Shown: one piece after another, positions 1 to 6,061 of the stretch
Numbering within the stretch: the stretch's first letter is position 1
Layout of the letters: every line of letters starts with the position of its first letter
Assembly (NCBI GenBank): GCA_028281945.1
Contig: JANQIW010000050.1
Location: 1 to 19,723 of the forward strand
Reading direction: 5' to 3'
DNA length: 19,723 nt
From: Prochloraceae cyanobacterium PL24a_bin.78
Lineage (GTDB): Bacteria; Cyanobacteriota; Cyanobacteriia; Cyanobacteriales; JANQIW01
Position numbers and translations under genes: made by a program
The notes under the pieces: model-generated
Databases searched by the model: none
What the model was told of the DNA's origin: nothing
Seen by the model: the letters and a program-made list of their open reading frames with translations, nothing else

Positions 1-174
1 TCTCCCCATTCTCCCCATTCTCCCATTCTCCCACTCTCCCACTCTCCCCATTCTCCCCATTCTCCCATTCTCCCACTCTCCCACTCTCCCCATTCTTCCC
101 ATTCTCCCACTCTCCCCATTCTTCCCATTCTCCCATTCTCCCACTCTCCCATTCTCCCCACTCTCCCCATTCCC
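1..174. repeat. Tandem array of 8-9 nt pyrimidine-rich units (YTCTCCC(C)A)n, an STRR-like simple repeat. The window starts inside it. Degenerate satellite copies lie at 201-237.
   Basis: Direct reading gives about 20 consecutive units: tctcccca ttctcccca ttctccca ttctccca ctctccca and so on. The minus strand reads (TGGG(G)AGAR)n. The same unit occurs in inverted orientation at 19557-19669. Confidence 0.95.
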
Positions 175-341
175 TTTGACAACCATCTGAGTAAAAACCA
201 TCTCCCACTCTCCCATTCCCAAGGAAACCACTCTCCAAATTCAGTATTTAAGTATAATTGTGAGAAAAATGATCTTATCAACGATCGCCATGGGTGAGAT
301 AATAGTTAAAACTAAATCATTAAAATTGGGATAGTGCTATC

Positions 342-1109
342 ATGAAAAACTTTTTTAATCAAATCACCATCAATTTAACTAGGATTAATTTAACTAGGAA
401 ATTGTCTCAAAGTTACCTCTCTTTAGGGGTATTAGTCTTAAGCACAATTTTAACCACAATCTTAACCACAACTTGCATTACTAACCCTGCTAATGCTACT
501 GGAGTATATGATTTACCTGCTGTTACTGGGGGAGATTCGGTTTGGGTAATTGATCAAGCAGACGTAATTAGTTTAGCTAGTGAAAATAAGCTCAATAATA
601 CTTTCAATAATTTAGCACAAGAAACTGGTAAGGAAGTCAGAATGGTAGCAATTCGCCGTCTTGAGTATGGGGAAACTATTGAGGGTTTAGCTGATTCTAT
701 CTTTTCTAAGTGGTATGCTTCTGAAGATTTAGCTGCTAATCAAGTTCTTATCGTACTAGATACTTTAACTAATAATATAGCTATTCGCACTGGAGATGGT
801 GCACAAAATCTTGTTACTGATGAGATTGCTTCTAGTATTACTTCTGAAACTATGACTGTGCCTATTAAAGATGGTAATCAATATAATGAAGCTTTCCTTG
901 ATGCTAGCGATCGTCTTGTGGCTGTATTATCAGGTAATCAAGATCCAGGGCCACCTGTTATTGGGGAAGTAAATGTGGAAGGTACTTATACTTCTGCTGA
1001 AGAAACTGATGATAAATCTGCTACTGTTTGGGTTATAGGCTTTTTAATTGTAGCCACCATCATTCCAATGGTGACTTATTTTTGGTATGTTGGCTTCCCT
1101 GGTAATTAG
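342..1109 (+). CDS. psb32: TPM-domain thylakoid lumen protein, Psb32 / TLP18.3-like (photosystem II repair)
   Basis: ATG ORF of 255 aa. It has an N-terminal hydrophobic signal or anchor (LSLGVLVLSTILTTILTTT). The central TPM/DUF477-type core reads VWVIDQADVIS...EVRMVAIRRLEYGETIEGLADSIFSKW...VLIVLDTLTNNIAIRTGDG. A C-terminal TM helix reads VWVIGFLIVATIIPMVTYFWYVGF. This matches the Psb32/TLP18.3 architecture. Confidence 0.75.
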   Translation: MKNFFNQITINLTRINLTRKLSQSYLSLGVLVLSTILTTILTTTCITNPANATGVYDLPAVTGGDSVWVIDQADVISLASENKLNNTFNNLAQETGKEVRMVAIRRLEYGETIEGLADSIFSKWYASEDLAANQVLIVLDTLTNNIAIRTGDGAQNLVTDEIASSITSETMTVPIKDGNQYNEAFLDASDRLVAVLSGNQDPGPPVIGEVNVEGTYTSAEETDDKSATVWVIGFLIVATIIPMVTYFWYVGFPGN

Positions 1110-1128
1110 TTTGTGATTAATTTAGGGT

Positions 1129-1512
1129 TTAATCTTGGATATATTCTGTTTCATTGATTAGAGCATACTCTGCCTTAACACATTCTCTTCCTAAATATGC
1201 TGCATGATCTAGCATTGTTATTAGAGATGGCTTGGTTTGCTCTACTATTTTTACACATAATTCTTTGGCAGTTCTTCCTGTAAATGTCATACTTGGTGTC
1301 CTTTTTACTGGTCCTTTCGCGGGAATAACTTCTCCTGTTTCAGGATCTGCTGCTAATCCTTTTTCATTTATGATGTTTGTATAGTATTCGCCACATATTA
1401 ATTCTTTTTCTCGATCTAGATATATTATGAAATATCCTCCGGGATCTAGGTCTATATGTCTTTTTGATAGTTCATCATCGATTTTTTTTAATGTTTCTGG
1501 ATCTGGTTTCAT
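1129..1512 (-). CDS. Small conserved cyanobacterial/plastid-lineage protein, DUF4346-like
   Basis: 127-aa ATG ORF convergent with psb32. Motifs LDPGGYFIIYLD and HAAYLGRECVKAEYAL...YIQD recall the DUF4346 family. The assignment is from memory only. Confidence 0.55.
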   Translation of the reverse strand: MKPDPETLKKIDDELSKRHIDLDPGGYFIIYLDREKELICGEYYTNIINEKGLAADPETGEVIPAKGPVKRTPSMTFTGRTAKELCVKIVEQTKPSLITMLDHAAYLGRECVKAEYALINETEYIQD

Positions 1513-1743
1513 TTTATTTCTCTTTATTTTTTTTTATTATAGCTTATTGAGATTATTTTTTTGTGTTGATTTATGGGAATTGATATTTTGGATTACTATT
1601 TTAGCAAGTATAGAAATCCTATGTCAGATTTAATTTCTAAAAAGTTTGGTATTTATCATCTTAACTTTGTCGAGCATTTGTGTTTTTTGTGCTATTAGGG
1701 AAAAATTTATCTACAAAATCTTTTTATAGGCGATAATGTAATT

Positions 1744-2154
1744 GTGGATTATTACTATTTTAGGTTACAAATAATTATGGATAATATATTAGCAGATATT
1801 GCTCATTATCTTTTCCAAGGTGGCATTATGAAAATTGGAGGAGAAATAGTGCAATCTCTTTGGAATAAATTTTGGGAAAAGATAAAAGATATTCCTAATG
1901 TTGATAAAGCTTTGTCAAAAGCAAAGGAAACTAAGTCAGAAGAAGTTTTCAAAGAAAAAATGTTGCCCTATATACAAATAGCAATGGAGGATGAGGATTT
2001 TGCTAATGAGATAAAAGAATTAGTTAAAAAAATTAAAAGTGAAGGTTATATTAATATAACAGGAGATCAAAATAATACTGGATTAATCAATAGTGAGAGT
2101 TTAAAAGATATAAATCAAAGTACTATTACTATAGATAAGTCAATAAAAAAGTAA
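1744..2154 (+). CDS. Small helical protein of unknown family, probably the N-terminal module of the downstream STAND NTPase (see slippery site 2145-2151)
   Basis: The ORF is open from GTG 1744. Alternative starts are ATG 1777 and ATG 1828, the latter preceded by the SD-like AAGGTGG at 1817-1823. It has a hydrophobic first segment, a K/E-rich helical middle and an N/S/T-rich tail. It ends ATA AAA AAG TAA. Confidence 0.6.
   Translation: MDYYYFRLQIIMDNILADIAHYLFQGGIMKIGGEIVQSLWNKFWEKIKDIPNVDKALSKAKETKSEEVFKEKMLPYIQIAMEDEDFANEIKELVKKIKSEGYINITGDQNNTGLINSESLKDINQSTITIDKSIKK
2145..2151 (+). promoter_or_regulatory. A_AAA_AAG heptamer in phase with ORF 1744-2154, immediately before its TAA. It is either a candidate -1 ribosomal frameshift site or the site of a 1-nt homopolymer indel.
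   Basis: The zero-frame codons are AT[A] AAA AAG TAA (2143-2154). The -1 frame (AAA AAA GTA ATT ...) is open from 2139 and is the same frame as the NB-ARC ORF (2292). That frame has no ATG, GTG or TTG between 2139 and the TTG at 2292. Confidence 0.45.
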
Positions 2155-2291
2155 TTAATATCAATAATTGGGAGATAAAAAATGAATTATTAAAAGATAA
2201 AAGACAATGGCAAAATCTTTCTATTAGCTTAAAAACTACACCAATACCAGTAGACAACTGGGTAGGTAGAGAGAAAGAATGTAGCCAAATA

Positions 2292-4874
2292 TTGGAATGG
2301 CTTCAAGATAAGAATGTAAAAGCTATCGGCATATTTGGGTTAGGAGGCATAGGGAAGTCTTCATTAGCCGTTAGGATATACAATTCAGAGATTTCTATTC
2401 CTAAAGAAAACAGATTTTGGGTAGAAGTTACTGTGAAACCAGACTTTGCCGCATTTGCTAAGGGAATTATTGCAGGATTAGGAGGGAAGCCAACATCTGC
2501 TGGGAAGATAGAAGAATTAGTGAATGAATTGGTAGCCTTTCTTAGCAAGCAGCAGTATTTTTTAGTAGTCGATAATTTGGAAACCCTTTTAGACGAAAAG
2601 CGGCGGTGGTTGGATGAAGGTTATGGAGATTTTTTTCGAGAATGGTTTCAACGTGGTAGCAATAGCATTATTTTGGTGACTTCTAGAGAAAAGCCAATCT
2701 TGTTTGATGGGAAGAAAGCAAACAATTTTTGCCTTGAATTAGGAGGTATTGGGGTAGAAAATGGAGTGGAGTTGTTAGAAAAGGAAGGTATTTATGGTGA
2801 AAAGAAAGATTTACAGGAATTTTGCGAAGAAGTGAATAGTCATCCTCTTTGTTTAAAGTTGGTAGCATCTTTTTTAAGGGAATATTGTGATTGTGATTTT
2901 AACGAGATAAAAGAGTTACAGCAGGAGGAATTAGTATACGAAGAGGCTTATGGTTTGCATCGAAATAGAGAAAATGCTTGTTTATCTTGGAGTTTAAATC
3001 AGCATTTAGAGAATTTGGATACAGTTAGCAAAAGGTTTTTAGAGTTTTTGTGCGTGTATAGATTACCTTTTGATAGTGAAGCTGCTGGAGTAATGTTTGG
3101 TAAAATTGGTGATAATCTTGATAAGATTAAGCTTAAAAAAGCATTAGGTGGATTAGTAAATCGATCGTTATTAATGAAATTAGATGGTGGTAGCTTTGAG
3201 TTTTTGTCTTTGGTAAGGAATTTTGTCATCAGTAAGTCGGAAGATTTAAGAAATGCCCATGAATTAGCGATCGATTATTATCGTAAGTATTACCCTTTTA
3301 CTTCTGATAAAGCCATTACTGATGTGGATGGATATTTGGAGTTGTTTTACCATCATTGTCAGTTAGAAGGGTATGATTCTGCTTTTGATGTGATTGAGTA
3401 TTGTTATAGTTTTTTGTCATTAAGAGGTTATTACACTAAGATAGTTGAATCTTATGAGATTTTGTTAAAGGTTTGGGAAGAAAAAGATTTTAAAGATTTT
3501 AATGCAATTAGTAGATATGTATTTACTGTTAACTCTTTGGGAAATGCTTACGAATTCTTTGGAGAATATTATAAAGCAATTAAATTTCACCAACATAATT
3601 TAGAGATAAATGCAATTATAGATAATAATCAATGGGAAGCATCCTCTTTGAATAATTTGGGAAATGCTTACAAATTTCTGGGGAAATATAACAATGCTAT
3701 TCAATCTTATCAGAAGTCTTTAGAAATAAGTAGAGAAATAGGTAATCGAAAAGGTGAAGCTTCATTTTTGAATAATTTGGGAAATGCTTACAAATCTCTG
3801 GGGAAATATAACAATGCTATTGATTATATTGAAGAATCTTTAGAGATAAATAGAGAAATAGGTAATCAAAAAGGTGAAGCTAAAGCATTGGGTAATTTAG
3901 GAAATATTTTCCAACGTTTAGGAAAACATAGTGAAGCAATTAATTATCAACAAGAATCTTTAAAGATAAATAGAGAAATAGGTAATCGTGAAGGAGAAGT
4001 ATCCTCTTTGAATAATTTGGGAAATGCTTACAAATCTCAGGGGAAATATGAAAATGCTATTGAATCTTATCAAAAGTCTTTAGAAATAAGTAGAGAAATA
4101 AAATATTTTCAAGGAGAAATTAATTCATTAAATAATTTAGGCGATATTTTTCAGTGTCTAGGAAAATATAATAAAGCAATTGATTATTACCAAGCATCTT
4201 TAGAGATAAATAGAAGAATAGAATATCGTCAGGGGGAAGCAAATTCTTTATATAATTTAGGAAATACTTACCATTGTTTAGGAGAATATCAAAACGCTAT
4301 TGAATCTTATCAAGAATCTTTAAAGATAAAAAGAAAACTAGAAAATAGTAAAGAGTTAACTGATGTATTAGGTAATTTGGGAGTTGTTTATACCTGCTTG
4401 AAAGAATATCAAAAAGCAATTGAATCATACCAAGAGTCTTTAGAAATAAGTAGAAGAATTTGCTATTGTCAAGGAGAAGTTAATTCCTTGATAGGTTTGG
4501 GAGTTAATTATAATTTCTTGGGAAAAGATAAAGAAGCAATTGAATCATACCAAGAGTCTTTAGAAATAAGTAGAAGAATTGGCTATCATCAAGGAGAATC
4601 TATATCATTATATAATTTGGGATATTTATACTACTGGTTGCAAGAATATCAAAAAGCAATGAAATATTATTTAGAGGCTTTTGATATAAGTATAGAGATA
4701 GGAGATTATTTCAAAGTAGGAATTTGTTGTTTTTATCTAGGAGATATTTTCATCAAGTTAAATCAGAATACAGAGGCAAAAAAATATTATTTACAAGCAA
4801 GAGATTTGTTTAAGGCGATGGGATTATATAAAGATGTAGAAAAATGCAATCAAAAGATTGAGGAATTAAATTAG
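2292..4874 (+). CDS. STAND NTPase: NB-ARC domain + 10-11 TPR repeats (NLR-like). The true 5' end is probably upstream of 2292.
   Basis: Walker A GLGGIGKS (aa 16-23, nt 2337-2360). Walker B FLVVDN (aa 90-95, nt 2559-2576). ILVTSR is the RNBS-B/sensor-I-like motif and HPLCLKLV is GLPLA-like. From about aa 410 there are 40-aa TPR units (LNNLGNAYKSLGKYNNAIESYQKSLEISREIGNRKGEA). The track start is a TTG with no SD, only 15 residues before the P-loop, and the frame stays open upstream to 2139 (..PVDNWVGREKECSQILEWL). Confidence 0.9.
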   Translation: MEWLQDKNVKAIGIFGLGGIGKSSLAVRIYNSEISIPKENRFWVEVTVKPDFAAFAKGIIAGLGGKPTSAGKIEELVNELVAFLSKQQYFLVVDNLETLLDEKRRWLDEGYGDFFREWFQRGSNSIILVTSREKPILFDGKKANNFCLELGGIGVENGVELLEKEGIYGEKKDLQEFCEEVNSHPLCLKLVASFLREYCDCDFNEIKELQQEELVYEEAYGLHRNRENACLSWSLNQHLENLDTVSKRFLEFLCVYRLPFDSEAAGVMFGKIGDNLDKIKLKKALGGLVNRSLLMKLDGGSFEFLSLVRNFVISKSEDLRNAHELAIDYYRKYYPFTSDKAITDVDGYLELFYHHCQLEGYDSAFDVIEYCYSFLSLRGYYTKIVESYEILLKVWEEKDFKDFNAISRYVFTVNSLGNAYEFFGEYYKAIKFHQHNLEINAIIDNNQWEASSLNNLGNAYKFLGKYNNAIQSYQKSLEISREIGNRKGEASFLNNLGNAYKSLGKYNNAIDYIEESLEINREIGNQKGEAKALGNLGNIFQRLGKHSEAINYQQESLKINREIGNREGEVSSLNNLGNAYKSQGKYENAIESYQKSLEISREIKYFQGEINSLNNLGDIFQCLGKYNKAIDYYQASLEINRRIEYRQGEANSLYNLGNTYHCLGEYQNAIESYQESLKIKRKLENSKELTDVLGNLGVVYTCLKEYQKAIESYQESLEISRRICYCQGEVNSLIGLGVNYNFLGKDKEAIESYQESLEISRRIGYHQGESISLYNLGYLYYWLQEYQKAMKYYLEAFDISIEIGDYFKVGICCFYLGDIFIKLNQNTEAKKYYLQARDLFKAMGLYKDVEKCNQKIEELN
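3536..4650 (+). repeat. Intragenic 120-bp periodic repeat (TPR-coding units) with long near-identical stretches between units
   Basis: ttgaataatttgggaaatgcttacaaat[t/c]tc[t/a]ggggaaatat recurs at about 3651, 3771 and 4011. tctttagaaataagtagagaaata and tctttagagataaatagagaaata recur every 120 or 240 bp. caattgaatcataccaagagtctttagaaataagtagaagaatt recurs at about 4417 and 4537. Confidence 0.9.
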
Positions 4875-5161
4875 ATAACAATGCAAATATCTGCCATGAA
4901 AAATTCTTCTATTCCTACCTCGTAAGAGAAATTCAATAAAAGAAGGATATCCTCCTTGCAAGGTAAATTCTTTAGGAAAATCTTGCATTAGCTTATTACT
5001 GCTTAAAGAAATATATTAAAAAGCCATGGAAAATTATCAAAAAGATTTTTTAGAGAAATATACGATAGAAGAGGTATTTCCTTGCCTTAAAGAATAACTA
5101 AATTACGAAGAAATCTCTTCATTGCTAACAACGCTAACAAGTCTTTGGAAATTTATCAATT

Positions 5162-5295
5162 ATACCAAATCCAATTTTCTTTCCTTTACTTATTAAAAAA
5201 ACTGTTTTATCTCCTACTTTTTCCCAATCTTTGCGAATAGAGAATTGAGAATTCCACCTCGCCAATAAAGCTTGTTTCATAACCAGATTTAGTAT
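5162..5295. repeat. Copy A of a roughly 135-bp dispersed or direct repeat with imperfect inverted termini (MITE-like or segmental duplication)
   Basis: The copy starts ataccaaatccaatt, runs through tttcccaatctttgcgaatagagaat and gaattccacctcgccaataaagcttgtttcataacc, and ends agatttagtat. The ends are roughly reverse-complementary (ATACCAAATCC / GATTTAGTAT). It aligns by eye along its whole length with 5488-5660, and the similarity extends about 20 nt into both flanks. Confidence 0.7.
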
Positions 5296-5487
5296 TAGGA
5301 ATTAAATATCAGCAAAAAAATTACAAAAGAATCAACAAAACAAACCTAAATAGAGAATTCCCTTCCAAGAAAACATTTACAAGTATAGACAGAGAAATAG
5401 AGAGATATAGAAATAGAGAATCTCAAGAAGAAGTTGCTTCATAGCCAAATTTGGATTTCCTTATAACTTTTTGGAAAAATATTATTG

Positions 5488-5660
5488 ATACCAAATCCGA
5501 TTTTTTTTCCTTGACTTACTTAAAAATTATTTTATCTCTTACTATTTCCCAATCTTTGCGAATAGAGAATGGATAATGGATAATGGAAATGGATAATGGA
5601 TAATGGATAATGTAGAATTCCACCTCATCAATAAAGCTGTTTCATAACCGGATTTAGTAT
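5488..5660. repeat. Copy B of the same repeat, carrying an internal (GGATAAT)n microsatellite
   Basis: The copy starts ataccaaatccgatt, runs through tttcccaatctttgcgaatagagaat[GGATAAT array]gtagaattccacctcatcaataaagctgtttcataacc, and ends ggatttagtat. A partial third left end (gataccaaatctttttgc) lies at about 5703. Confidence 0.7.
5571..5611. repeat. Heptanucleotide microsatellite (GGATAAT)5 with one GGAAAT variant
   Basis: It reads ggataat ggataat ggaaat ggataat ggataat ggataat. It sits exactly where copy A has only 'tga' between agagaat and gaattcc. Confidence 0.95.
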
Positions 5661-5988
5661 GAGGTATTAAAAACTATCAAAAGTTTGTAGTAACAAATAG
5701 ATAGATACCAAATCTTTTTGCTTTATCAATTTAACTGCAAAATAAATCACAATTTTAATCAAGGAAATACCTTTCTCAAACTAAATTCCAAATTGTTGGC
5801 ATTGGTATTTTATTTACAAGCTAGGAAATTTAGGAAACAACAAGAATTGATAATAAGGTAGAGGAATAAAATTAAAGAGATTCAAAAATGAGATAAAGAA
5901 GCAAAGATTTTCTATCAAAGATTATTCCTTCCTTTTAGAGATATACAAGAAAACAAAATATCTCCCTCATCCCTAGATAAATTTTTTA

Positions 5989-6032
5989 GGGAATGTTGCT
6001 TTAGCTAATAGGGAATGTTGCTTTAGCTAATA
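5989..6032. repeat. Perfect 22-bp tandem duplication (gggaatgttgctttagctaata x2)
   Basis: 5989-6010 and 6011-6032 are identical. The unit encodes a TPR-like LGNVALAN fragment, and 22 bp is not a multiple of 3. Confidence 0.95.
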
Positions 6033-6061
6033 ACGACTTCCTAGAATAAAATATTAATAAA

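Larger units (their letters stand above)
4925..5869 (+). pseudogene. Decayed TPR-repeat paralog with multiple stops and frameshifts, interrupted by two repeat copies
   Basis: Broken-frame translations resemble the flanking TPR genes. Examples are REIQ*KKDILLAR*IL*ENLALAYYCLKKY, KAMENYQKDFLEKYTIEEVF (compare KAMKYYLEAFDISIEIGDYF at the end of the NTPase) and ESQEEVAS*PNLDFLITFWKNI. The C-terminal cap remnant at 5778-5869, KLNSKLLALVFYLQARKFRKQQELII/NKVEE*, matches EKLNCQSQAKKFFLQARKFYRKINLDKKVEN of ORF 6062-7282. The boundaries are approximate. Confidence 0.6.

Noticed and set aside
1-174. CRISPR array (also considered for 19557-19669 and 3536-4650).
   Set aside because: The terminal arrays have 8-9 nt units with no spacers. 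The 120-bp periodicity at 3536-4650 is in-frame TPR coding sequence inside a long ORF. No cas genes are present.
176-258. Promoter hexamers for psb32 (TTGACA at 176-181 and TATAAT at 253-258).
   Set aside because: Neither has a properly spaced partner. No -10 lies 16-18 nt after the TTGACA, and the -35 before the TATAAT is poor. In AT-rich DNA such hexamers occur by chance, so I did not report them as features.
1427-1633. 68-aa ORF on the plus strand from the ORF track.
   Set aside because: It overlaps the 5' end of the better-supported minus-strand gene 1129-1512. It then runs through a T-rich intergenic tract and gives a low-complexity F/I/L-rich product, so it is likely spurious.
2303-3229. 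Antisense ORFs 2303-2548, 2683-2868 and 2999-3229 (minus strand).
   Set aside because: They lie entirely within the NB-ARC coding region on the opposite strand. They have no motifs or RBS and their composition is typical of antisense frames of AT-rich genes.
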